Positions 9,170-18,936 of a stretch of 64,000 nt of DNA are shown here, in pieces. The stretch's first letter is position 1, and the number at the start of each line of letters is the position of its first letter. The stretch comes from Candidatus Marinacidobacterales bacterium. GTDB lineage: Bacteria; Acidobacteriota; Vicinamibacteria; Marinacidobacterales; DATDRI01. Location of the stretch: contig OZ245365.1 of the NCBI GenBank assembly GCA_965226495.1, forward strand, positions 4,032,001 through 4,096,000, given 5' to 3'. A model generated the notes under the pieces. It worked only from the letters and a program-made list of their open reading frames with translations, did not search any database and was not told where the DNA came from. The position numbers and the translations under genes were made by a program.

Positions 9170-10446
9170 TGCGTCGGGCTCCTTCCCAAGGATTCACCGC
9201 AATCGGCGAGCTTCTTCTCGAGAAACCTTCGTTCTGGCCCAGTACAAGGGAGCTCGAGAGCCTGCCGGAAGAAAGTTTCGGCGCGTTCGAGGTCGCCCTT
9301 CCGTGCGTGAAGCTCGGCGCGAGTGGCGTCGAAGAGATAATAGCGACCGAGAAAGGGATCGCTCTCCAGGCCGGCAAGTTCATCCAGGCCCGCCTGCGGC
9401 CCATGAATCATCGACACCGCTACCGCTCGGTTCAGTGCCACCACGGGTGAGGGGGCCAGCTCCAATAGCGAATCGTACAAGGAGAGGATCTTCGACCACT
9501 CGGTGCTTTCATAGGTGGGGGCGACGGAGTGGCAGGCGGCGATGCCGGCCTGCAGATGATACTCGGTCAACTCCGACCCCTTGGCGGCATCGGACAGCTC
9601 GTAAAGGCCTCTTTCGATCAGAGCGCGATCCCACCGGCTGCGATCCTGATCGGATAGTAGACGTAGAGAGCCATCTCGGGGATCGACTCGCCCCGGCAGT
9701 CGTGCCGCTTGGAGAAGCATGAGCGCAAGCAGCGCCCGCACCTTGGGTAGCTTCGTCGCCGGCCGACTCGCAACGAGAGAGCACAAACGCATCGCTTCCC
9801 CAACGAGGTCGTAACGTATGAGGTTCTCTCCCTGATGCGCACTGTAGCCCTCGTTGAACATCAAATAGAGAACTTTGAGAACGGAATCTAATCGCTCCGG
9901 AACGTCTTCCGGGGCCGGAATTCCGAACGGTACGTCCTCCTCGCGAAGCTTCCGTTTCGCGCGAACGATCCTTTGGGCTACCGTCGCTTTCTCGCTCAAA
10001 AAGGCGCGGGCGATCTCGGAGACACCGAAGCCCCCCACGGTCTTAAGAGTCAAAGCGAGGCGTCCTTCGGGAAGGATAGAGGGATGGCAGCAGGCGAAGA
10101 TCATTTTGAGTTGATCGTCTTCAAGCTCGTCCTGAAAGCCGGGCCGCGACTCCTCACCTTGGACTTGGTTGAACCACTTTTCGATCTCGGGCTCCTTGTC
10201 TCGAAAAGACGCTCCGCGGCGGAGCACGTCGAGGGCTTGATTCTTGGCCACTTGAACGAGCCACGCACTGGGGTTGTCGGGAACGCCGGAAAAGGGCCAT
10301 TGTCGGAGAGCCTTGAGGAGAGCTTCCTGAACGACGTCCTCGGCCAGATCCAGGTTAGACGGTCCTAGGATCCGGGTGAGCGTCGAGACCATTGCCCCGG
10401 CTTGATGCCGGAACAGGCGATCGACAAGCTCCTGAACGTCGGGCAC
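9166..10446 (-). CDS. ECF42-type RNA polymerase sigma factor with C-terminal TPR extension
   Basis: AEDVVQEA, WP..GVPDNPSAWL, DDQLKMIFACCHP, YLMFNEGY, DQDRSRWD, YHLQAGIAA. Confidence 0.9.
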   Translation of the reverse strand: MPDVQELVDRLFRHQAGAMVSTLTRILGPSNLDLAEDVVQEALLKALRQWPFSGVPDNPSAWLVQVAKNQALDVLRRGASFRDKEPEIEKWFNQVQGEESRPGFQDELEDDQLKMIFACCHPSILPEGRLALTLKTVGGFGVSEIARAFLSEKATVAQRIVRAKRKLREEDVPFGIPAPEDVPERLDSVLKVLYLMFNEGYSAHQGENLIRYDLVGEAMRLCSLVASRPATKLPKVRALLALMLLQAARLPGRVDPRDGSLRLLSDQDRSRWDRALIERGLYELSDAAKGSELTEYHLQAGIAACHSVAPTYESTEWSKILSLYDSLLELAPSPVVALNRAVAVSMIHGPQAGLDELAGLESDPFLGRYYLFDATRAELHARKGDLERAETFFRQALELPCTGPERRFLEKKLADCGESLGRSPTQ

Positions 10447-10471
10447 TAATTAGTGCTCGCTCACTTCCCAT

Positions 10472-10528
10472 CGACCTCTCCCCCGACCTGGGGGAGAGGT
10501 CGCCCGCCGAAGGCGGGCGGGTGAGGGG
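10472..10528. repeat. REP-like palindromic element (ctccc..gggaga...gggtgaggg family)
   Basis: cgacctctcccc-cgacctg-ggggagaggtcg hairpin followed by cccgcc-gaa-ggcggg; related copies at ~33407-33435 and ~40250-40324. Confidence 0.6.
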
Positions 10529-10882
10529 TTAGTGTTCGAGTAGCTCATGCTCCCGGAGCGTCACCCATCCATACGTAAGATGCGGGCAGTCCTCCGCCAA
10601 CTTGGCCGCCTGGTCATAGTTGTCGGCTTCGATCACGAAATAGCCAGCGATCACTTCTTTGGTCTCGCTGTACGGCCCATCGGTCACGAGAACGCTGGAA
10701 CCATCCTTGCGAAGTGTCCGACCACCCTCGTCGCGCAGCTTGGCGTGCTCGTGCACCTTGCCTTGACTCATCATTTTTTCGACCCAGGCGACGTATTTCT
10801 GAATGATCTGCTGGTTCTCATCGGGTGAGTTACCGTCGAAGGCCCCCGGCGTTTCGTGTAGTAGCATCAAGAATTTGGCCAT
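10529..10882 (-). CDS. YciI/DGPF-domain protein
   Basis: VTDGPYSETKEVIAGYFVIEA; usual partner of ECF42. Confidence 0.9.
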   Translation of the reverse strand: MAKFLMLLHETPGAFDGNSPDENQQIIQKYVAWVEKMMSQGKVHEHAKLRDEGGRTLRKDGSSVLVTDGPYSETKEVIAGYFVIEADNYDQAAKLAEDCPHLTYGWVTLREHELLEH

Positions 10883-10993
10883 TGTCGACTCCTTTCAGTC
10901 TCGCGGATTCTCATTCTGTAGACGATCGGAGCTACCGGAAATCGACACGAGTGCCGAATAAGCGAAGTGTAAAAAGCCGGACTCGCGGCTCTC

Positions 10994-12412
10994 CTAAGAG
11001 TCCTTCTTACTGCCAACCATGTTCTCGGGGCGGACCCACTCGTCGAACTGCTCCGAAGTCACCAACCCCAGCTCGAGAGCCGCCTCACGGAGCGTGGTCC
11101 CCTTTTCGTGAGCCAGCTTGGCGATCTTGGCCGAGTTGTCATAGCCGATGTGGGGGTTGAGAGCGGTGACCAGCATGAGGGAGTTCTGGACATTGTGCTG
11201 TATCTTCTCCTTGTTAGCTTCGATGCCGACGGCACAGTTCTTCCTAAAACTGGCGCATCCGTCGGCGATCAATCGCGCACTCTGGAGGAAGTTGTAAGCG
11301 ATGAGCGGTTTGAACACGTTGAGCTCGAAGTTTCCGGAGGCGCCGCCGATATTCACGGCGACGTCGTTGCCCATCACTTGGGCGGCCAGCATCGTCACCG
11401 CCTCAGACTGGGTGGGATTGACTTTGCCCGGCATGATCGAGCTCCCTGGTTCGTTCGCGGGGATCGTGATCTCGCCGATGCCGCTCCGAGGGCCGCAGGC
11501 CAGCCAACGGATGTCGTTGGCGATCTTGGTGAGCGACCCGGCAACCGTCTTCAAGGCGCCGTGGCCGTGCACCATCGCATCATGGGCGGCGAGAGATTCG
11601 AATTTGTTGGGTGCAGTAACGAATGGATGTCCGCTCAGCTCCGCGATCTTCTTGGCCGAACGGACCGCGAACTCGGGATGGGCGTTGATACCGGTGCCCA
11701 CCGCGGTACCTCCCAGAGCGAGCTCGTAAAGATGCGGCAGAGCCGCCTCGAGATGCTGGACCCCATGATCGAGCTGACTGGCATAGCCAGAGAACTCTTG
11801 TCCCAGCGTGAGCGGCGTGGCGTCTTGCAAGTGGGTTCGTCCAATCTTGACGATGTCGCGGAAGGCCTCCGATTTTTCGGCAAGCGCATCGCGAAGTGCG
11901 GCGACGGCGGGAATGACCCGGGAACGGAGCGCCTCGACCGCCGCGACGTACATGGCCGTCGGGTAGACGTCGTTCGAGGATTGGCATTTGTTCACGTCGT
12001 CGTTCGGGTGCACCAGGCGGTCCGGCCCACGTTCCCCACCAAGAATCTCGCTGGCGCGGTTGGCTAGCACTTCGTTGGCGTTCATGTTGCTCTGCGTGCC
12101 GCTTCCGGTCTGCCAGACTACGAGGGGAAACTCCTGGTCGTGCTTGCCGTCGAGGACTTCGTCGGCGGCGGCCACGATGGCCTTGCCTTTCTTCTCATCG
12201 AGAAGGCCGAGGTCCATGTTCACTAGTGCCGCACCCTTTTTCACCAGGATCAACGCACGGATGATCTCTGGGGGCATTGTCTCGGTCGAGATCTCGAAAT
12301 TCTGGAGCGAACGCTGGGTTTGGGCTCCCCATAGCCGGTCGGCCGGGACTTCGACAGGACCAATGGAATCTCGCTCGGTTCGAGTCTTGTTGGCGTTTGT
12401 TTTGGAGGCCAT
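10994..12412 (-). CDS. fumC: Class II fumarate hydratase
   Basis: [47 protein letters not shown]. Confidence 0.97.
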   Translation of the reverse strand: MASKTNANKTRTERDSIGPVEVPADRLWGAQTQRSLQNFEISTETMPPEIIRALILVKKGAALVNMDLGLLDEKKGKAIVAAADEVLDGKHDQEFPLVVWQTGSGTQSNMNANEVLANRASEILGGERGPDRLVHPNDDVNKCQSSNDVYPTAMYVAAVEALRSRVIPAVAALRDALAEKSEAFRDIVKIGRTHLQDATPLTLGQEFSGYASQLDHGVQHLEAALPHLYELALGGTAVGTGINAHPEFAVRSAKKIAELSGHPFVTAPNKFESLAAHDAMVHGHGALKTVAGSLTKIANDIRWLACGPRSGIGEITIPANEPGSSIMPGKVNPTQSEAVTMLAAQVMGNDVAVNIGGASGNFELNVFKPLIAYNFLQSARLIADGCASFRKNCAVGIEANKEKIQHNVQNSLMLVTALNPHIGYDNSAKIAKLAHEKGTTLREAALELGLVTSEQFDEWVRPENMVGSKKDS

Positions 12413-12511
12413 CTTCCCCTCTCACTTCTACCAGCTGAGCTGGCCCAATACGATTATACGCCAGCGAGTGAGTAAGACGCGGGCGGGTGCTATAATTTCT
12501 CCGAGGGCCCT

Positions 12512-12973
12512 ATGAGCGAAGACATCTCGTCCGAGCTTGATCCAGACTCCATACCCTCGCGTCCTACTTTCATCTACCGAAGCTTCGTCCATGCGGACGA
12601 TCTCGACTCACTGAAGTTTCTCCACAGTGAGCGATTCATCATCCATGTCGAACGAGCCATCACCGCATTCTACCGGAGCCTCGGCCTGCCTTGGGACGTC
12701 GAGGTGGAAGAAAACCCAGATCAATTCCAGCTCGTGCAGCAGATTCAGACGACGTTTCCCGCCCCGTTTCGAGGCACGGGTGAGTTGATCATTCACGTCT
12801 GGGTAGAGCGATTGGGCGAGTCGAGCTGTGTGTACAGCTTCTTCTGCACGAGCCCGGAGGGGCAGAGGGTCTACGCGCGGGGAACGAAAACCGTCGCCAA
12901 ACTGGATCCCGCGACGATGGAGCCGGCACCATGGTCGGAGCCCTTCAACCGTGGGCACCTCCCGCTCCTGTGA
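12512..12973 (+). CDS. Acyl-CoA thioesterase (4HBT hot-dog fold)
   Basis: VHADDLD..LH, VWVERLGESSCVYSF, PAPWS. Confidence 0.7.
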   Translation: MSEDISSELDPDSIPSRPTFIYRSFVHADDLDSLKFLHSERFIIHVERAITAFYRSLGLPWDVEVEENPDQFQLVQQIQTTFPAPFRGTGELIIHVWVERLGESSCVYSFFCTSPEGQRVYARGTKTVAKLDPATMEPAPWSEPFNRGHLPLL

Positions 12974-12976
12974 GCG

Positions 12977-13624
12977 TCAGCTTCTCTCCCAGGGTCTTTC
13001 CGCAATCCATTCCGACACCGCGTTCTCCAGCGGATCGAGCTTTCCGGTGAAGAAATGGTCCCCGCCTAGAATGACCTTCACCGAGCCGGGCTCGGGGATG
13101 AGTTGCTCGGCCAGTGCCTCTATCTTTGCGCCGCTCCCGAACTCGTCGTCTTCGCCTTGGACGAAGAGACGGGGCTTCCCGCTGCCGGTCAGAAACGAAG
13201 TATCTGAGACCCGGTCGACCGGAAACCCGAGAGCAAACATCGCCTGCACTCGCGGATCGTCGGCGCCGACCCGGAGCGCCATGAGCGATCCAAAAGAGTA
13301 GCCTCCTAGGACCACCGGAAGTCCCGGGTACAACCTCCCGAGCTCGGCGAGGGCCGCGCAGACATCTTCCTGCTCTCCCCTCCCGTTATCATGAACACCT
13401 TCGCTCTTTCCCACGCCCCGAAAGTTGAAGCGAAGCGCCGGCAGACCTTGCGCCAGAAGCGCCCGGGCCGCTCGGAACATGACTTTGTAGTGCATGATGC
13501 CGCCGTGGAGCGGGTGGGCGTGGCAGATCAATCCTGCCGCGATGGGCTCATCGTCGGGGATCATGATGACCGCTTCGAGCCGGCCGGCCGGGCCGGCGAT
13601 CACAATCGAACGCGTTCGCGGCAT
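12977..13624 (-). CDS. Alpha/beta hydrolase
   Basis: GPAGRLEA, HAHPLHGG, LRFNFRGVGKSEG, GYSFG, DHFF. Confidence 0.9.
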   Translation of the reverse strand: MPRTRSIVIAGPAGRLEAVIMIPDDEPIAAGLICHAHPLHGGIMHYKVMFRAARALLAQGLPALRFNFRGVGKSEGVHDNGRGEQEDVCAALAELGRLYPGLPVVLGGYSFGSLMALRVGADDPRVQAMFALGFPVDRVSDTSFLTGSGKPRLFVQGEDDEFGSGAKIEALAEQLIPEPGSVKVILGGDHFFTGKLDPLENAVSEWIAERPWERS

Positions 13625-13669
13625 TAGCGAAGATTATGCCGCCCGAATCGGCCCGGTTCAAGGAGAGCG

Positions 13670-13780
13670 GCCTTGCACCTGTGCACCATCAACCCCCGCA
13701 CGACCGTGTCGGACCTGGAGGAGACGATTCAGAGGATGGAGGAGCTAGGCCGCCGAGGGCTACGCCCGCTAGGTTCTTGA
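13670..13780 (+). pseudogene. Orphan 3' fragment of a group II PLP-dependent decarboxylase
   Basis: Manual translation ALHLCTINPRTTVSDLEETIQRMEELG resembles the LRxCxxNxRTT C-terminal motif; no start codon. Confidence 0.55.
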
Positions 13781-13912
13781 GACGTCGTGTTTTGTGCCGA
13801 CGTGTAGGTTTCGTGCCACATAGCGTCCGCACGACTTTTCGGTTACAATTCTTGAGTACGATCCCCGGCAACAAATAAATTCCCCCAACATAGAACGCGG
13901 AAGGGCCAGCTC

Positions 13913-16273
13913 ATGCGGCTGCGACACGGTATCTCCTCGGCAGTTTTGGTTTCGATCGTTCTCGTCTCTCCGCACCTCGAAGCTCGAGACAAGCTCGAAC
14001 GCTTTATCATCCAATGCACGAATCCGTGTGATGCGATTATCGAGACCATCCAAGAGCTGGGTGGCGAAGTGACCAAGCAATACACCAACCTGGATGCAGT
14101 TGCCGCAACCCTCCCCGCTGGACTCCGCGCGGAGCTGGAATCGATGGAGCTCGTCGAGGCCGTCGATGACGATTTCGTAGTACCTCCTCCGAGACCGGTG
14201 GAAGCAGTGAGCCTTGGAGACGAGGAGCAAGGAGTCTCACCACAAGTGGTGGGCGGAGAAAGGCTGGCCGCTCTGAGGGACGCCCACCCAACCAACTACG
14301 TCTTCAGCAATTTACTGACTGGGGCGGCGTCGCTTCACAAACTCGGTCACCGCGGGGACGGCGCCATCGTCGCCGTGATCGACACTGGCACCGCCAACGA
14401 TCCGGTCACGACCCCCGCTCTCTACGACTTTACGAGCGGAGAACCCAAAGTGATCGGAGGAGAGAGCTTCATCGCCAGCGCCTCCGAGCCTTCCGCTACC
14501 AGCGTTCTGAATCATCCCCACGGCACTTGGGTAGCTTGCATGATTGCGGCCGACGCGGGTTTCGTCCTCGCCAACGACGACCCCTTCATTCCAGTTGTCG
14601 CGGCAGTATCGAAGTGGGCCCCGACCAGCGTTATTCCGGTGGACAGTACTTCGTCCATGGTGCCGATGAGAGGCTCCGCGCCCGATGCCCGCATCTACGC
14701 CATGAAGGTCTTCCGCGCCTCGGGTAGCGGGTCCTCCACTTCAACGATCATCGCCGCCATGGATCGTGCCATTACGCTGCGTCAGAACTACAACGACGGT
14801 GTGCCGTCCGTCCCAGTAAGCGGTAGTGGCACCGGAGACGACCCCTTCGTTTACGACTCCTTGCGCATCGACGTCGTCAACATGAGTCTTACCGGTCCGA
14901 CACTGAACTCAGGACGGAACATGATGGACCGGTTGACTCTCAAGATGTTGAGCGTCGGAATCGTCCCCGTCATTTCCGCAGGCAACAGCGGCCCGGCGGC
15001 CATGACAGGAGGAAGCCCAGGAACGGGCATTGGAGCTCTCACCGTGGGAGCTGCCTATACGGCCGAACACGAGCGGATCGCTGCCGAGGTGGGGCTGGTT
15101 TTCGGGGCGACTCCGGTCGATGGTGGCATGTACCATCCCTCGGACCACATTCAAACCGCACACTTCAGTTCCCGCGGACCGACCGCGGACGGAAGGAATG
15201 ATCCCGAGGTGGTGGCGCAGGGCGTTTACGTCTTTGTCAACGCACCGCGTCGCACGTCCGCCAGTTCCGTGCTGCCGTATCCTGTCATCTCTTGGGTCTC
15301 GGGAACGTCGTTCTCCTCGCCCGCGGTAGCCGGGGCGGCCGCCCTGCTGAGTGAAGCCGCGCCTTCGGCAAGCGCCGGACAGATCCGCAACGCCTTGATC
15401 TCATCGGCCAATCCCCGCGTGGTCGGGGACAACTCTGGCACGATCGACCAGGGCCAAGGCTTCATTGATATCCCGCAAGCCCTGAGTCTTCTGCAGACCA
15501 CCAAGGTAGACAGCCGGATCCGAGTCCGCAAGCCTCCGAAGAGCTTGCACAGGAGAATTCGGAGACTCGGTTATCCGGTGCTCACACGCGGAGGCCAGAC
15601 TACGGTCCACGCTCTGATGCCGGGACAAGTGAAGCATTTCTTCGTTCGGGTCAGGAAAAAGACCGAGCGCCTGCACGTAACCGTGCGCAACATCCAACCC
15701 GCGCTCGATCCTGCCGATCAAAATCCTTTCTTCGGAGACGGCCTGTTGGTGACGGTGGTCGATGCGCCCACTTCGTTCGCCTGGACGCGGGCCGCGGTGT
15801 TCGCGAAAAGCGATGTGACGGTGCCTATCGACAACCCGCAGGAGGGATTGGTGCGGGTCGCAATAACCGGCGGATGGTTGAATGCTGGCGCCATCTCCGC
15901 CGATATCGAGATTACCCGAGACAAAACAAAGCCGCCTCGGATATCAGCCAAGGGGCGGACTCCTCGCACCGGCGTCTGCAACCTCGAGACGGTCAATGTG
16001 CCGACGGGTGTTGTAGAGCTCCAAACGATGCTGACTTGGAAGTACAACTGGGGAATGTACCCCACCAACGATCTCGACCTGATTATCGTAGATCCGAATG
16101 CGAATACGAACGCGAGCGGCGCTACCTACGCCAGCCCGGAGCGCGTGACCATCGCCAACCCAACCCCCGGTGCATGGAGCTTCCTCGTCTGCAGCTACGA
16201 AATCCACTCGCGGGATAGAGCTAAATGGCAACTGAGAGTGAGCGCGGACGGGAGCCGACTTCGCGCTCGGTGA
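13913..16273 (+). CDS. S8 subtilisin-like serine peptidase, secreted, with C-terminal PPC-like domains
   Basis: Catalytic motifs AVIDTG, HPHGTWVA, SAGNSG, SGTSFSSPAVAG; NDLDLIIVDP. Confidence 0.92.
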   Translation: MRLRHGISSAVLVSIVLVSPHLEARDKLERFIIQCTNPCDAIIETIQELGGEVTKQYTNLDAVAATLPAGLRAELESMELVEAVDDDFVVPPPRPVEAVSLGDEEQGVSPQVVGGERLAALRDAHPTNYVFSNLLTGAASLHKLGHRGDGAIVAVIDTGTANDPVTTPALYDFTSGEPKVIGGESFIASASEPSATSVLNHPHGTWVACMIAADAGFVLANDDPFIPVVAAVSKWAPTSVIPVDSTSSMVPMRGSAPDARIYAMKVFRASGSGSSTSTIIAAMDRAITLRQNYNDGVPSVPVSGSGTGDDPFVYDSLRIDVVNMSLTGPTLNSGRNMMDRLTLKMLSVGIVPVISAGNSGPAAMTGGSPGTGIGALTVGAAYTAEHERIAAEVGLVFGATPVDGGMYHPSDHIQTAHFSSRGPTADGRNDPEVVAQGVYVFVNAPRRTSASSVLPYPVISWVSGTSFSSPAVAGAAALLSEAAPSASAGQIRNALISSANPRVVGDNSGTIDQGQGFIDIPQALSLLQTTKVDSRIRVRKPPKSLHRRIRRLGYPVLTRGGQTTVHALMPGQVKHFFVRVRKKTERLHVTVRNIQPALDPADQNPFFGDGLLVTVVDAPTSFAWTRAAVFAKSDVTVPIDNPQEGLVRVAITGGWLNAGAISADIEITRDKTKPPRISAKGRTPRTGVCNLETVNVPTGVVELQTMLTWKYNWGMYPTNDLDLIIVDPNANTNASGATYASPERVTIANPTPGAWSFLVCSYEIHSRDRAKWQLRVSADGSRLRAR

Positions 16274-16277
16274 TTGA

Positions 16278-16916
16278 TTAGCGCCGATCACGCTCTTCGG
16301 GATACTCGCACAGAATTACGCGCTCTTTGTTGGCGTGATACTCGTATGTCTCTTCTTCGACTTCCAGCGTGATCAGAAAGCCTTCGATCCGGTCTTTTTC
16401 ATAACTCTTCTCTGGTTCGGGACAACCGAGACTCGTATCGATCCAAGTCCTGGCACTGATAGACACGTCGATATCCGATTCGTCGATACCGAGTCGGGAG
16501 GCGAGGTCCTCTGTCGCGAGGCCAGCCAGCTTCGGTGCGTCTCGTAACCGGCGAGCCAGCTCATCCCCTTGCGCCTTCGGCATCGTTTTAACCACGTTGA
16601 GATCTGCGGTCTCACAGACCACCGCACCACTCGGTGCGACATGGACCTCGTGCAGCCTCGAGGAATCCTCGACTTCCTTTAGAAACACGCGGTAGCCACT
16701 CGTGATCGCCGGCAGGTAGGCCTCACCCGCTCGAGGACAACCGAGGCTGCTGTCTCTCCACTGACCGAGAAGAACTTGGTGCAGCTCGACCTCGCCCTCC
16801 CGAATGCCAACCTCGACGCCCAATGCCTCCTTGGCCAGCGCGACGGCTTCGTCCTCGGTAAGACCTTCGTCTTGTGGAACGCCAAGCAACGCCGTCAGCA
16901 AGATAAATTTGAGCAT
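16278..16916 (-). CDS. Secreted hypothetical protein with two WxDxSLGCP repeats
   Basis: WRDSSLGCPRAGEAY..GY and WIDTSLGCPEPEKSY..GF..YEYH; likely start MLKFILL. Confidence 0.7.
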   Translation of the reverse strand: MLKFILLTALLGVPQDEGLTEDEAVALAKEALGVEVGIREGEVELHQVLLGQWRDSSLGCPRAGEAYLPAITSGYRVFLKEVEDSSRLHEVHVAPSGAVVCETADLNVVKTMPKAQGDELARRLRDAPKLAGLATEDLASRLGIDESDIDVSISARTWIDTSLGCPEPEKSYEKDRIEGFLITLEVEEETYEYHANKERVILCEYPEERDRR

Positions 16917-17026
16917 CCTTAACGCCTTATCTCTGCCATTCGCCCAGGTGCCCATTGTAGCCCAGGCCTTGCACGACCCTCGCTGTTTCCACTACGCTTG
17001 CCAAGCACTGAGGGAAGGAGACAGCT

Positions 17027-17327
17027 ATGGGCGATGAATGGACTTACGCGCAGAGTGACCCAGCCGATCAACTAGCGAAACTTCACTACTTCTCGATGAA
17101 GAAAAGCCACGCAGACGGGGCTGTCGAGTTCTCGATTACCGTCAGGGAATACGTCCAGAATCCAGAGGACCATTCGATGCGTTTCTTCGCCCAGGCCGAC
17201 AAGGAGACGAATCAGAACACCCGCGTCATTCACGCCTAGCGGCTGGGGTAGTACTTTACTCAAAGCGCTTTCGGAGTGCGTTCGAGAGATTCACCGCTTC
17301 CCGTACGAGCCGCCCGAAGAAAGTTAG
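17027..17327 (+). CDS. Hypothetical protein with a +1 frameshift at ~17221 (probably an error)
   Basis: GGAG RBS; removing one C from CCC 17220-17222 extends the ORF as ASFTPSGWGSTLLKALSECVREIHRFPYEPPEES*. Confidence 0.65.
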
Positions 17328-17382
17328 CGGTCGGTCGCCTCACTGCGCGTATCCCAGCGAGCGTAACTCTGCCTCGGCGAGG

Positions 17383-18798
17383 TCAGACGATGCTACTGCT
17401 ACAGGGCTCGGGCGATCGAGTGAGAATGTCGGCGAGAATACGGAGACCGCCGGCAAGACGACCTCTTTCACGGACCGAGCCGAGACAAACCCGCACCGCG
17501 TGCGGAAGCCGCTCTCGTCCCACGATAAAAGCGCTCGGCGGCGTTACCACCACCCGCTGTTTCAGAGCCTGCTGCGTGAAGTCTTCGGCTCGCCAGGGCT
17601 CCGGCAGGTTTAGCCAAATGTGATAGGCAAAAGGATGAGACTGAAATTGGACGCCGGCGAGAATATCGGCCGCGAGTTTCTGCCGAGCCGCCGCCTCCTT
17701 GCGTCTCTTCTCGAGTATCCGATCGGCGGTCCCGTTTTGGATCCACAGGGTCGCGACCTCGGCCGTCAGAGGGGAAGCCATCCAAGTCGTGAGCCAAAGT
17801 CCCGGAGTCAATCGTTCCACCAGGTTCTCCGGCGCGGCAAGATAAGAGATGCGCAGTCCCGGGGCGATGCTCTTCGAGATGCTAGCGATGTAGCAGGTGA
17901 TGTCCGAAGCGAAGTGCGCGATGGGCGGCACCGGCTTTGACGGAAGAAGCCCATGGATGTCGTCTTCGATGATCACCACTCCGTGTCTCCGAGCGATCGC
18001 AGCGACCTCCTTCCGACGCTCGACAGGCATCACGGTATTCGTCGGATTCTGAAGTGTGGGCACGCAGTAGAGAAACTTGGCACCCGTCGACTCGCACGCC
18101 GATTGGAAGGCCTCGGGTAACATCCCGTGCTCATCCATCGGGACACCGCGCAGCTTGAAGTGAAAGAGGTTCGCCAAGCCCTTCATCCCGGCGTAGGTCA
18201 GTGATTCGGTGAGGACAACGTCACCCGGTTTGGTGAGGGTCGAGAAGCAGACCGCCATCGCGTGCTGGGATCCAGAGCAAACCAGTACCTGCTTCGGATC
18301 GACCTCTAAGCCGACTCGTCCGATCCAGTCAGCGCCGGCAGCGCGATGATGGGCCGCGCCGGCATGAGGTTGATATTGAAGCAGCGCACCCACTCCGGGC
18401 CGGGAAGAAAGCGCCTCGAGCGCCAGTGCTAAGGCAACGTCCTCTTCGGTGCGACCAGCGGAAGGAGGCATATTCATGCTGAGGTCGATCGAGTCGGTGT
18501 CCGGCCACTCGGGAAGGTCGAGCTCTGCGCCCTGTTCCTCTTCATCCGCATCCGGCTCGAGAACGAACGTCCCTCGTCCGACCTCTCCGGTCACCAGACC
18601 GCGACGCTCGGCTTCCGCATAGGCGCGGCTCACCGTTCCTACCGTGACACCTAGTTCGCGAGCCAGGTCACGGTGAGTGGGCAACCGCGAGCCAGGCTCC
18701 AAAAGCCCTTGCCGAACGTCGGCCGCCAACGCATCGGCTATCCCCAGGTAGCGGGGGCCGGAACGCTCGCTCAGGTCGGGTGTCCACATTGTCATCAT
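17383..18798 (-). CDS. MocR/GntR-family PLP-dependent transcriptional regulator
   Basis: RLPTHRDLARELGVTVGTVSRAY wHTH; PTLQNPT, IEDDIH, SISKSIAPGLR. Confidence 0.94.
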   Translation of the reverse strand: MMTMWTPDLSERSGPRYLGIADALAADVRQGLLEPGSRLPTHRDLARELGVTVGTVSRAYAEAERRGLVTGEVGRGTFVLEPDADEEEQGAELDLPEWPDTDSIDLSMNMPPSAGRTEEDVALALALEALSSRPGVGALLQYQPHAGAAHHRAAGADWIGRVGLEVDPKQVLVCSGSQHAMAVCFSTLTKPGDVVLTESLTYAGMKGLANLFHFKLRGVPMDEHGMLPEAFQSACESTGAKFLYCVPTLQNPTNTVMPVERRKEVAAIARRHGVVIIEDDIHGLLPSKPVPPIAHFASDITCYIASISKSIAPGLRISYLAAPENLVERLTPGLWLTTWMASPLTAEVATLWIQNGTADRILEKRRKEAAARQKLAADILAGVQFQSHPFAYHIWLNLPEPWRAEDFTQQALKQRVVVTPPSAFIVGRERLPHAVRVCLGSVRERGRLAGGLRILADILTRSPEPCSSSIV

Positions 18799-18900
18799 GA
18801 CAAAGTATAGAATGATCGATTCGCTGGCGCAAGTTGACCCGATTTGTTATTAATAGTTAGGTATCAATAAGGCACATAAGTCCTATTGTATGCATACAAT
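18789..18900. promoter_or_regulatory. Two TTGT..ACAA palindromes, putative MocR operators
   Basis: Perfect ATTGTATGCATACAAT at 18885-18900; TTGTCAT-C-ATGACAA at 18789-18803 over the regulator start. Confidence 0.65.
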
Positions 18901-18936
18901 TAGACTGAATCTCTTGAATTCAAGGAGCTCTCAAAA

